Source of the DNA: Camelus dromedarius
Lineage: Eukaryota
Assembly (NCBI RefSeq): GCF_036321535.1
Contig: NC_087436.1
Coordinates: 9,238,001-9,302,000, forward strand
Reading direction: 5' to 3'
Length of the DNA stretch: 64,000 bases
The notes beneath the pieces were generated by a model, which made no database searches, was not told the DNA's origin, and was given only the letters and a program-made list of their open reading frames with translations. Both the position numbers and the translations under genes were made by a program. Shown here piece by piece: positions 24,946 through 37,394 of this stretch (the stretch's first letter is position 1; every line of letters starts with the position of its first letter).

Positions 24946-25768
24946 TCAGTGCCTTGCAGGGGGCCTGATTAGTTGAAAGTTGCATGTTTTCCAAATGTCT
25001 CTTGTTACAGGAAGAGTTACAGTTTTCTTACATCTGGCATTTGTTTAATAATTGGTAATAAGACCCTGCATGGCTTCCTTTTATGCTTTTTTGATTTGCA
25101 AACTACTGGAAAAAGATTGAGATGGTGGCTTGTCAATCAACTTCCATTTGCTGAGTAGAGTCCTCCATGATGTCGTTTAATAGCATTGGTGATCATATTT
25201 CTTTCCCTAAAAATTGCTGGGTTTCCATAAGATAATAAAAAGTTTTATGGAAGGAATATAATCAGTGGGAAGCCATGTTTTGTTTTACAACTATGATCAG
25301 TGACTTCAGGTTTTCTCTGTTTTTAATGTAGAATGTGTCAGTAGTGCATCCTTAATGCACTTCTCTGCATTCTTTTATGGTTCCTTTCTTTTTTCAAAAG
25401 ATATGTAGGATTTTTCAGTGGTATGTACTCATTCCTCTGACATTTTCAATGGTCTCTTTCTTCTCTTTTGCTGATCTCAGGGGAATGGGACTCATAGGTT
25501 GATGTTGAAGATATGTCCACATTGTTCACTTAATGATTGAGTGAAGAAATTTCAAATTTAATAATTAGATAGTGGATGCACCAATCTTGAGCTGCCACTG
25601 GAAAATAATGTCTTCCTTCAAGACATTGAAAAAAGACTTTTTCCTTTGCGTTTGTATGCCTGGCACCTCTGCCTGCTCCACAGGTAAATGTAGTTTGTTT
25701 TGCAAAAAAATTATGATCCTTTTGAACAGAAGAAATAAACTAACCCCATTTCCTACTTTTTTGTTGCT

Positions 25769-26190
25769 TGTATTAGTTGCACTTTGTTCCAAGAAACAAA
25801 ATCATTCCAGATAGTTTAAACATGAAGACATTTAATCCACTAAATTTTGTAAATTTTACTAAATAATTAGAAAGGATAAGTGAATGAGAATCAGGAGGCC
25901 ACAAATGAACATATCAATCCAGGAATGAAAAAGCCAGGAGAAGGAAGCCATCCTGAATCCGCCATCGCCTTCTGCATCCATGAAGGTGTTGAGGAGACAC
26001 CCATGTCCTTCTAGGTTTTTCTTGCTGAACAAAAGAGCAAAACACCAGTGAGACAGCAGAAAATTAGTAAAACTTAATTTGCATCTAGAACATCCAGCAA
26101 GAGATTCTGGGAAATGTAGTTTTTAGAAATAGAACAAGGCACATAGGAGGAACAAATGGATATTGAGAACTCAGCAAACGTATCTAACAC
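25769..26190 (-). mobile_element. Old MaLR LTR (MLT1K/L/N-like)
   Basis: Begins tgtattagtt and contains the ctgggaaatgtagtttttag motif. Confidence 0.5.
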
Positions 26191-26384
26191 AATCAAAATG
26201 TCTCAATTTTAATGAGACGTACGTTTGTTTTAAAAAAGCATTGCTAGTTTTATTTTTTTCCCATTTTGGAAGATAATAGCATACTTGAGGGTGTTGATTT
26301 CTCTCTTTTGTTAATCATCATTAAGGACATTGACCAAAATCTTGCCTTAGATACACACTGGACTTTGGTCTAATTGCCTGACAC

Positions 26385-26386
<2 letters not shown>

Positions 26387-26452
<66 letters not shown>
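26387..26452. repeat. (TTA)22 perfect microsatellite
   Basis: 66-bp uninterrupted trinucleotide run. Confidence 0.95.
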
Positions 26453-26454
<2 letters not shown>

Positions 26455-28321
26455 TTCCTGGATGCAATACCACTGATATCTGTGCTCCTTTCAATTAATT
26501 TTAGCTCTTAATTAAGCTCTTTTAGCTCTTTTTTAGCTGTTGATTAATTTTACGTTTTGACTTAGGCATGGTAGTACTATGCACCTATAACAGTACTACA
26601 GTCGTACTACTAATAATAGTACCCCTGTGGTACTGCTGGCACTATGTATAGTACTGCTACAATTCTCATGCAAACAACCAGTGACTTGGAGTCTAAATAC
26701 AGTTGAGATAAGTCAATCATATGCCTAGTCTGGCCACATGTTTCTCTTTTTCATGGCATAATTATTTTTTTTCTGAACATCCAATGGGTATTTTTACTAA
26801 CAATAAAGAGAGGTTCTACGTGATTCACTGTCTTACTTAACTCCCTTTCTTAAAACCCATCTTGCTCGTTTTGCAGCAGTTATTAGGATGGCCTCATGGA
26901 TTTGATAGCAAAAGATATGGAAAGACACAGAGTACTTCATTTTTGGAGGACAGACTGGCCCATCATGCTTAATAAGGATGTGAACCACTCCTAAGAGATT
27001 GCCTGTTAACTGGGCTCTATGACTTTTCCAGATAGTTAGGAAATCTGTTTCCATCTCAGCTTGCCGCAGATCAGGTTTGATTCAGGTAGGGACTTTCATG
27101 AACTGAAGGTGACAGCTCCTAGGATACCGGGTCTCACTGATGGAAAGTGGCATAAGGTCAAGCTCAGACTCCCCGTAGGGTAACTTCACCTGAGCCTTCA
27201 CTCACAGTTCTGTACTTTTCATCTCCACGAATTCTGAGAAGGGGACTGGGATAGGTGCTAGCTTTTACTTTATTAATTTATAAATTGCTCATGATCAGAC
27301 TTTGTTGAACAGTATCTTATTAGCATATTTCCCATATGAGTGATGTTATGACAATATTAGAAAGGGAGCAAATGAAAAAATAATATTCTTCCCCTAACTT
27401 CTAAAGTACCAGAATATGCAAGAAGTATTATTTGGGACACTTCGTTTTGCTTGCTGTATTCCTTTTATGTGTTCCTTATCACGTTAGATTTCTTTTTGGC
27501 TTTCTACCTACCCTATACTAATGATAAATGGCAGGGAAGGTGGTAATGGAAGTCTGGCAATGACTGTGAATGCACGTATCAACCTGAGCAAAAAGTAATG
27601 TGAAGTGACTGCCTTAGGATGGTAATGAGGATGGTACAATTTAATACTATTTTCTAGCCTTGTTAGAAAAATGGATTTTGTACCATACTTAGCTTATTAT
27701 AATTTTTGTCATGAAAATGATTCACTGAAAAATAATGCCTCAAAACATGCCTTCTCTTTGAAATCGACTTCTACTGCATGCTGTCCCATCTTCTTCAAGT
27801 TTAAAATAAAGTACCTGGTTGATCCACAGATAATTCCATGTCATTCAGACAATTGAGAATAAATTTCCTGGGCACAAAACTGCAACTTAAATATTTGCTT
27901 TAAGAAATGTTCATGTTTTTTAAAAAATTAAATTTGATTGAAATGAACTGACTTGTAGTTTTTCACCTAAAACTCTAAATTTATTTTAAAATACATGTTG
28001 CTGGATACCTGTAGTTTCTCAGAAGTTGAAAATGTTGTGTATAATTTTATTTTTTTATATTTTGCTATTTTTATGTTTCACAGAAGATATCTTGTGATTT
28101 TTGATATTTGGAAAGATGAGAGAGAAGACCTTCTGGAAGAAATATCTCAAATTATAGACAAAGTTTTACAAGATGATTAACCTTTTCCCCGATTAGTCTC
28201 CTGGTTGTTAATGGCGATAAAATGGTGCTGAATCCTTTAAGGTTTGGAATTCAGTACAATAGGATAAGGTTATTTTCTAATTTATATTAAAAGCATAAAA
28301 GACATACTTTAAAGTGAAGCT

Positions 28322-28370
28322 GAGATCATAACCCTGTAAATCAACTATAATTCAATAAAAAAAATTTTTA
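28322..28370 (+). mobile_element. Very short LINE-1 3' tail
   Basis: tgtaaatcaactataattcaataaaaaaa; near-TSD aaagtgaagct (28311-28321) / aaattgaagct (28371-28381). Confidence 0.7.
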
Positions 28371-29324
28371 AAATTGAAGCTAAGGAAATTAAATAACTTC
28401 TACTAGCTATGAAGGAAGAGGTCCCAATGTAAAAATGCATATTATGTGAGCAATGATTTGGTGGTATTAAAGTGTTATAGTGTATTATAATTATTAATAA
28501 GCCAAAAAAACAGGAATGAATAAACTTGATGTTGGTCCAACCATCCTCCCACCCAATGTACTGTTCAGATGAATGGGAGTAGACAATGGAAAAGCAAAGT
28601 AGTGATTTATTAGCTGAGAGTATGGACCCAAACTTTAATATCAAAGTAAAAAAAATCAAGCAACAAAAATAACAAAATTTATCCCTGATGCCTGCCACAG
28701 AGTGGGCTGAAACTGTATACTCTAGAACCTTCTTGGATCATGGCATAAATCCTTTGCCTTAATGCTAAAGTGTGTGAACACAACAATTCTTCCTGGAGAA
28801 ATCACCTCACATGAGTTAGTGCCGGTCTTTACTATTTTGATCATAAAATAGCAGAAGAGTTAATGACAAAATCTCATAAGCACCAACAGTCTAGCTCTGC
28901 TAAAACTTTTAGTATTCAAAGACTAGAATATCCTTCAAACTGAACTATTCATAATAACCCCTCTTTTCTGTGGATGGGGAAATGAAATGGCAAGAGACAT
29001 CGAAGATCTCTTTTCCCCAGGTGCAATTATTCAGCACTCAGTATCTATTAGCTAAATAGGCAGATATATTAATTCCTCTAAATCAATTGAGTAAACCAGA
29101 CAGACATCTAATTGTACAAGAAGGCACATTGCAGTGAGTGCTGTAGTGGAAATGAAATGGTAGCAGTGCTGGACTTTCTATTCCAATTCAAAATCGTTGT
29201 GTTCTCTGAGATGTGGATGCATACTAATATTTCAAGAGTTGTGTCAGCTGATGGTAATAATCTCAAGATCAAAGTTATGTTTCCAGTTGACGACAATCTT
29301 TCAACAATTTAACACCCAGAGCAG

Positions 29325-29502
29325 TTTTTTTTTATTGAAGTATAGTCAGTTTACAATGTTGTGTCAGTTTCTGACGTACAGCATAATGTTTCAGTCATAC
29401 ATATACATATATATATTCCTTTTCGTATTCTTTTTTATTATACTTTGCTACAAGATATTGAATATAGTAGTTAGTATCTGCAAATCTCGAACTCTCAGCT
29501 TA
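29325..29502 (-). mobile_element. Short LINE-1 3' end
   Basis: ttttattgaagtatagtcagtttacaatgttgtgtcagtttctg...; near-TSD acccagagca / acctagagca. Confidence 0.88.
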
Positions 29503-30094
29503 CCTAGAGCATTTTCTTTGGACAGGGCTCACTTGTCAAAAACCCTGAAATACTTTATTTTCTCCTTGTCAAAATCTGATTGTCCACTCCAGCATTCATC
29601 TCCAAAGACCATTTGCTTCATAACCTTGACCAATTTTAAGCTTGCTGAGTACAGCACACATTGGAGGTGGAATGAAGATGAATGGTAGGTAAGAACTCAC
29701 TGAAGTTTATAGGAATCATTCATTTGTCTTAACAGCATGAGAGCATGATTGCATCCAGATAGGACATGTGAGATTCTAGAAGATGACTTAAAGGACAAAA
29801 TTCAGGAAGATTGGTCCTTTCCAAACCCAAGGACCCTTTCAAACGTGTAAATATTTTCTCTAAATAGTTGATGTCACTTCTTTGGAAATATATAGATGAT
29901 TCTTTGTGTCCAATAACAAAGGTATGGAGTATTACACAGATGGTAACTAACTGTAATATGTAACAATGAAGATTATATGCAATAACGTTCTTCCAAAGTA
30001 AGCAATGTGTTCTACAGGCTCTCTGTGAATATCCATATTTACAGTAGTACTTTATACCAAAATTCTACATTATTTTTCCTTTCTATTGTCCCCA

Positions 30095-30398
30095 TTCAAT
30101 ACCCCATTCTCAATATGGTAGAACAAGCAAAAAGAAAGTAAAGAAGAAAACAGAGGACTTAAGTAACACAATTAACTAGCTGAATTTAATAGACATGTGC
30201 AGAATACTCCATCCAACAAAAGTGTTTACACTCTTCTCTAGTGCACATAGAACATTTTCTAGAACAGAATTTATGTTAGGCCATATATTAAGTCTCAATA
30301 GATTTGAACTATACATGGGATATGGGATATGTCAATGGAGTGAAGTTAGAAATGTAATTAGAAAATTCACAAATTTTTGGAAATCCAACAACACTCTT
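30095..30398 (+). mobile_element. LINE-1 ORF2 endonuclease fragment
   Basis: ORF 30195 begins RILHPTKVFTLFSSAHRTFSRTEFMLGH, similar to L1 EN (RTLHP..YTFFSSAHGTFSRIDHMLGH). Confidence 0.88.
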
Positions 30399-30399
30399 T

Positions 30400-31135
30400 G
30401 CTTTGTTGTGTTGCCTTTGCTCCTTCATCAGAGGTCAGTTGACTATGTTATGAGGGGTTATTTATGGGCTCTCTATTCTGCTCCTTAGATCTATTTGTCT
30501 ACACTTCTGCCTGTACCACACTGGCTTGATTACTGTAAATTTATAGTAAATCTTGAAGTCAGGTGACATCAGTCTTCCAACTTGTTCTTCTCTTTGAATA
30601 TTGTATCAGCTATTCTGGGTCTTCTACTTCTTAATACAAAATTTAGAATCACTTGTCAATATCCATTAAATAAGTTGCTGGGAATTTAACTGAGATTGCA
30701 TTGAATCTATAGGTGAAATTGAGAGGAAATGACATCTTGACAGAATTGAGTCTTTCTATCCATGAACATGGAACTTCTCTTCATTTATTTAGTCCTTTGA
30801 TTCTGTTCATTAGCGTTTTGTAGTTGTCATCATACAGATCTTGTACATAAATTGTTAGGTTTATTCCTAAGTATTTAAAATTTCTAGGTGCTAATTGTAA
30901 GTGCTATTGTGTTTTAAATTTCAAATTCCACCTATTCAGGACTAGTACATAGGAAAGCACTTGACTTTTATATATTAAACTTGTGTCTTGCTGAAACCGC
31001 TTATTAGTTCCAAGAGTTGTCAATTTTTTCAGACTTTTTACATAGATGATCTGTCATCTGCAAACAAAATCAATGTTACATCTTCCTTTCATTTTGATTT
31101 CTTGCCTTACTGAGTTAGCAAGAATTGCCACTGAT
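30400..31135 (-). mobile_element. LINE-1 ORF2 RT / post-RT fragment
   Basis: gtaccacactggcttgattactgta, gattgcattgaatctatag, gtcatctgcaaacaaa (reverse of the LFADD region). Confidence 0.9.
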
Positions 31136-31454
31136 TTTGATTTTAGTTGTTATCTCAGCTCTCAGGGTGACTGGGTTCACATTAATATATCATAGTTAAT
31201 CATTCTTATATAGACAACTACTTATTTAAAGGGAATATGATTAAAAGGACTTAGCAATGAAGTAGCCACCTCAATCTTAGATGCTCAATTTCATCTTGTG
31301 TTTGTCAGCCTCAACTCAGGAATAAAGCTGAATCTGTCATCCACACCCACCCATATTTTAGGCTGTCCACCTGGAGTACATGAGCTACTTTTAGCAGAGA
31401 GAAATAGTTTTATGTTCACCAGGCAGATGAAAGGAGATAAACTATTACTGCTCT

Positions 31455-31775
31455 AACAGTCAAATTTTCAGGACTTTTGCAAGCTGGTTGTTAAACACAG
31501 TAATTATTAAAAATTCACTGTTATAAATGTGTAATTAAATTATGTTAAATGCAAAAATAAATACTCAATATGCATTACTTTATTTTTTGCCATTATAACA
31601 TTTCACTTTCATTGAAATGCTTGACGTAACGCAGGTCAATTGTTATCAGTCATGTGAAGGTACTATGCAATGGAGTGCAACTGCATGACTTGACAACTCA
31701 TTTGGTAACTTGAAATTGGTTATGGTAAGAGAATTTACAGCATGGACAGCACTAAAGGTAGGCTTTTGTTTTGGG
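31455..31775 (+). mobile_element. MER63 (hAT-Blackjack) fragment
   Basis: aaattttcaggacttttgcaagctggttgttaaacacag...attattaaaaatt...ttggtaacttgaaattgg. Confidence 0.75.
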
Positions 31776-32339
31776 GTGGGGTTATTTTTTAATTTACTAG
31801 CCCTCCACTACCTAGTGTGTTTTTCTTCTATATCTTGTTTATGTACATATATTTTTTCAAATCTTAAGGTGTACTCAGATATCACAGTCTGCATAAGACT
31901 GTTGGCATGGGGGCCGTGTTTGACCCTGTGCTGGTTTCTTAGCAACTGCACCCTAGGTGCATACCCAGAGCAGCCTTTCATAAACTTTTCTCTGCAATAC
32001 CTTTGATGGATCACAGGCAAGATCACATGAACTAAGCAGTCACTTAGACTCACCGCCTTTATCAATCACTATCATAGTTTTCTGCCAGGGAGGTTTCAGG
32101 ACCACTTGAACTTTATTCTCATTAATATACATTGTTCTCACTCAATACATAGGAATTAATCTAATTAGTCTATCAGAGTCCAAAATATTTTACAAAATTA
32201 TCATACTTTTTATATCTGTTCAGCAACTGGAGAGCTAAATAATCCTGCATTTTACTGTATTGTGGTTGAATGCAGTCAGGCTTAAATGCAGAATTTTAAC
32301 AAGAATATGGGATAATTGTGTTTAAAATCACAAAATATT

Positions 32340-32573
32340 ACAAGAAATTGAACACAGTTTCCTGTGCTATACAGTAGCACAATTGAACCTTGTTGTTCAA
32401 TTTCTTGTAATTCCTTGAATTCTTATATTCAATTTCTTGTAATAACATATAATGAAAAAGAATCTGAATATATATGTATGTAAATGCATAACAGAATTGC
32501 TTTGCTGTACACCTAAAACTAACATTACAAATCAACTACGCTTCAATTTTAAAAATTAAGAAAAGAAAAAACC
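32340..32573 (+). mobile_element. Short LINE-1 3' end with 5' inversion and duplication
   Basis: TSD cacaaaatatt (32329-32339 / 32574-32584); the first ~40 bp are inverted L1 3' UTR. Confidence 0.88.
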
Positions 32574-32859
32574 CACAAAATATTCAATAAGAAACATAAT
32601 ATTTCTAATCCAGACACTCAAATTAGTTAGTTGATATTCTCAAATTTAGTTTTTTTAATATATCTTCAAATCCTGAAGACTTAAATTTTTTATTTAAAAA
32701 TTTAATTGCCAGCACAAACATTTCTAGTAAAATTTAGTTGGAAAAATAATGAGTGTGTGTAAACATATAGACACAGATTACAGATTATATTCAAATTAAA
32801 ATACTGGTTTACTTTAATTGTATTTGTTCAAAAAAACAAAATCAATTCAAGAATAGGAT

Positions 32860-33045
32860 AGACAGTAGAGGTTTGCTGAGGTAACAAAAATCTGAGTTCT
32901 AATTCTAGCTTTAACCCTTGCTATTTGTGTGAACTTAGACAAGTTAAATAACTTTAACTTCATTTCTTTAACTAAAAAATACCATATTATTCATCTTAGA
33001 GTTGGTACGATACTTAAAAGAGATATTCAAATAAATATCTTCGCT
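32860..33045 (+). mobile_element. MIR SINE
   Basis: ctgagttctaattctagct...tgtgtgaacttagacaagttaaataact. Confidence 0.7.
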
Positions 33046-36000
33046 AATGAGCAAGAGTTAAGTCGTCATTCTAGTTTACTAAATGTGGGGCATAACTATA
33101 GTCCATAAGAAAATAAAAAATGGTTTTAAAAGACAGCAGTTCAACAATCATAATTAAAATTTCTCCTGGTAGTGTAAATTAAAGCATATATTGGCTAAGT
33201 TATTCTGCGTTAAGTCCTTAAATTTAATTTTGCAAAAGCGCGGAGGTACCCATGAACGTGGTACAACCACAAATAATTTTAAGAGAATCTGTATCAGACT
33301 CTTGTACAACTTCAAATGTACAACTTCCTAAGAGCGGTCGGACTGAGAAGAAGCAATGCTTTGCTGCCCTGCTCCTCTTATGCAATAGGCAGTCGCCCAC
33401 TTTTCAGAAGAAAGATGTCCTCTGTCATCCAGGAGCTTGCTGGCTGAGATACATTTTCCACTTTTGGATTACAAAACCAAGAGCATTCTCTCCTGTGATA
33501 GAATATTTGAATTTTAAGAAAGGATTTGTGCCTGGGGTGTGAATTATTTCACAGGGATTACATTAGAATGAAAACCCCAAAGTGAGATGGTTGTCTAGGG
33601 GAGATCCATTAGCAGGCTTATTAGAAATGAAAATGAATTCAGAATTTTTCTCACGACAGAAACTTAGTCTGACTTGGCTGATTTGTGTGACAATGAGAGT
33701 TTTTTGCTGATTAAGTAACGCCATGACATTATTCATAATTTCAATAAGATAAATCAGCAGCTTCAAAATTTCAAGAAAATATATTTAATCCATATATACA
33801 ATACAAAGTAGGTCAGAAAATATCCTTTGGAACTTTTTAAACTTATGATGAAAAATAAAATATATATAAAAAGATGTGAGGGGCTTTAGAGTTCTGCACA
33901 AGTATTGTAAGGTGTTGGTAGAAACGATATTTGAAGACCAATATTTTAATACATAGACAGTTGATTACTAGATGAAAACTAGTATTTTTGGTAATTGGTA
34001 TAATTGTATCCAACTATGAAATTCTGTTATTCATCTCACACAAAAATATGTATTCAAGAGTATTATCATCAGATACCAGCAATATTTATAACTTTTTGAC
34101 ATTTCCAGATAATTAGTTAGCAGTACCAACACCACATCTGTAAATTTGTACAATAATATATATTTACTGATACAGGATCCACTGACAATTACTGGTTTTT
34201 TATTTGAGATTTTTTGATTAATGAAATGTATTTTTTAATAAACAAGATGGTGCTTTCCTTATGTAACAGAAATCATTCTAGCTTTTGGGATTCAGGAATT
34301 AGTTGTTTTTTAATTTCTCCTTTCATTTAACTCATTCTAGTGAATCATCTGGCTACAAGTCTCCTGTGTGTTTTAGGAATCAGGTCAGTTGAAATAAAAG
34401 AACCTCCCCCCGGTCTCCCCACACTTGGGAAATCACTGTAGCTCCCACTCCTGTTAAGGACTTACTGACACCAGAGTAGATCCCAGTATTTCTACCTGAA
34501 GTGGTTCTGATTGGTTAATACTTTTTCCAGTGGAGCCTGGCCCAGAAAACAATGTGGAAACCATGCATGACATATTGAATAGGGATGTGGTAGGTGTCAT
34601 GCTATAAAAGGAATTCAAACACAAAAAACAGTGGGGTCATTGGCTACAAAGAAGAGGAACAAAAAGCACAGATAGGGAGAAGAGAAGGTGTGCTACCTGT
34701 TAGTCTCCAGAAGACAGAAAGAACTTAGTGTTTAGAATAAAGGACATGGAATTCGCATCTAGGAAAATTTTAGTTCTTAGCTGGTAGAACTCCTGAATAA
34801 CTGAAGTACTGTTTACAGGAAAAGAATTGGTTTTACATGATATTAATATGCAGTTTTAATTCTATTATTATGGTAATTTATTGGTTTAGCCATGTCTTGA
34901 TAAAACACACAAGTAATGTTGTGAGATATTATAAATATAAATATCCTAGGTATGTATTATCCTCTGTTGAGAATGGACAATGACAAATCATCACACTTCT
35001 ATTCTGCTAACAGAGATGAGAATCTTAAAGCAGAACCAGAAATGCTATATAATTTGAACAGGACTTTTCCTAGGGATTTCCTGGCAAAATTGGAGAAGAA
35101 GATTTTTTCTTCATAAAGTTTTGGGGTTTATGATTTTTTTCTCATTTTTTTTTGAGATGTAATTAAAGTGTAACATTTTTATTAATATTCCAACAGTATG
35201 GTGGTAAAGTTTACACATTTTGAATGAATAAATTAAAAATACTTGAGTGAATTATTTTGATGGAAAATATAAACCATTCTTATTTCAGGATCAACAATGA
35301 AAATAAAGATACATAAAATTGAATAAAGAATAAATTGTTTACTTACTAGCTTCCAAAATATGTTCGCAATGTTGGTAAAGTGGGTAAAATAAACTGTATG
35401 GAATATTACTGAGAAATAAGGAAAAGAATAGAATCTATTAAATTAAATGCTATATATATATATATATTTTTATGTGCACTATTGTGTTTCCTTAGCATTG
35501 ACATTTTCAGGATCAGTATAAAATGCATTTCCTTAGCTGTGCAGACATGTTGATTCAGCTTAAATTTTGAGGAAAGTTCATTATTCTTCTAACAGTTTGA
35601 GTCTTCTTAGTTTGGGGAAGAAAACACCACACTTTCCATTCTTATCTCTATCCATTTAATCTTTGACATAACAAAAGCAAACCAGATGTGTAAAGTAAAA
35701 TAGCACAGAGAAAAATTCATTAAAATATATGCTTTGTGACACTGTTAAAATGAAAATTAAAGGTTATTTTTCCAGAGTCTTTAAAAATTATTTCTGAAAG
35801 CCTGACAGATATGTCTGACAGATATATATTCATATAAAATAAATAAAACATAGCTGACAGTTAATTTGATTAAACACAAACACTTTATTACTCTATGCAT
35901 ATATTCATCAGATTTTAAATGTACCTTGGGATTTATGATTTTTTTTCCACATCACAAATAATTATGCTCAAAACCATAATTAAAAGTACATTTTTTTCTG

Positions 36001-37394
36001 ATACCCACATATCTTGTTTAACATAGATTTCTAAGAAAGATAATATTCATGATCAGAATTTAAAATTAATACAGAAATATATATTAATACAACCTATGCT
36101 TTCATGAGTACCAGTACACTTACAAATGTAGAGTTATTCTTAACCTTTAGAAATGAAATATATCCGTGATTTAGTGAACTATCTTATTCTTGAATTCTTG
36201 AGATGCTCTGAACATTTCTTGGAGAATGAAAGAACACAGAGAAGAAAGGAGCCTGCTAGGGAAATGTTCTCACATAACATTAATCAGGTTCACAATATAA
36301 AAGTTCATAAAACGTTTCAAAGTTGTTATTTCATTCTGGGTGACTCCACAGCAATGTTTCACTCGATTTTATAATGCTTCCCAGAAAACGTCTTTACTTA
36401 GATTGAGCGCTCTGGAGTTCTTTTGCAGATATGCATTTAATGTGCCACTTAAGACGTAAACAGAATGAAGTATGCGCTGGGATAGAGTACTTGGGATGGG
36501 TGAGCATTTTGTTTTTATTTTTTGAAATGTAGTAACTCTAACTTGTATTATAGTAGGCTGTCGTTTTAGGGGAGTTGTTTTGTGGGGGATTTTTATACTA
36601 TAAACCTGTAAGACTTTGTGTTAAGAAGAATAGGAAATTTCTGCTTTTATTTTAATTTTTTTAGCCTATTAAGAGCTCATTTTAAAATGTAATGAGTCAT
36701 CATGTCAGAATCATGAGAAATAATCTCTAAGTAGTAATTTGTTTAAATATAGCTTGTAACCATTCTAGTGGAAAGCGATGCTGAGAGATATAGGTTATGC
36801 TCGTTTTGTTCTTGGAATTGGAAGGTGTAATTCAAACAGAAAACAAATGTGGAAAAAAATGATTACAGGCTATTTTGGATGATTCATTCATTTTCCTTTA
36901 CATAATAACTCAGTTCTTTGTTGAGCCATAATCTGACATTTCACTATTTTATGCACAGAAATGTGCTCCTATTCATGTCATTAAATAGGAATCTAATTTG
37001 CAGCAATATTATTAAGGGGAATATATCCATTACCCATTTTATTATGTTTTATGATATATATGAAGACACTAGAGTATATTAGTCATTGAGATAATGAGTA
37101 GATATTTTCTGGTGTAGAATTATAATGAATAAGTGGCATTTACATTGGTTATTTATCTACTCTGCTATTTAAGGAAAGTATGCCTGCAGCAGTTACCCGG
37201 GGCGGATGCTTTATCACCTTGTACAGACATAGTGAAGGCATTGGTGGGTTAACTGGACAAATCAGAACCCTTACACCAGCCTCTCCATCTCACTTCTGGT
37301 GATTTGGAAGGTTAGAGATCTTGCTGCTGGACTTGTAACAAATCGAGGAAAGATGGATCCCACACGTGCGTATTCCCTAGGGAGCATAAACCAC

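Noticed and set aside
29197..29688. 163-aa ORF, the longest in the window
   Set aside because: It runs through an antisense L1 3' end and starts at a non-ATG codon.
30095..31135. Twin-primed L1 inversion
   Set aside because: The fragments meet 3'-to-3', not 5'-to-5' as twin priming predicts, and no TSD or poly(A) is visible. Independent fragments or a later rearrangement are more likely.
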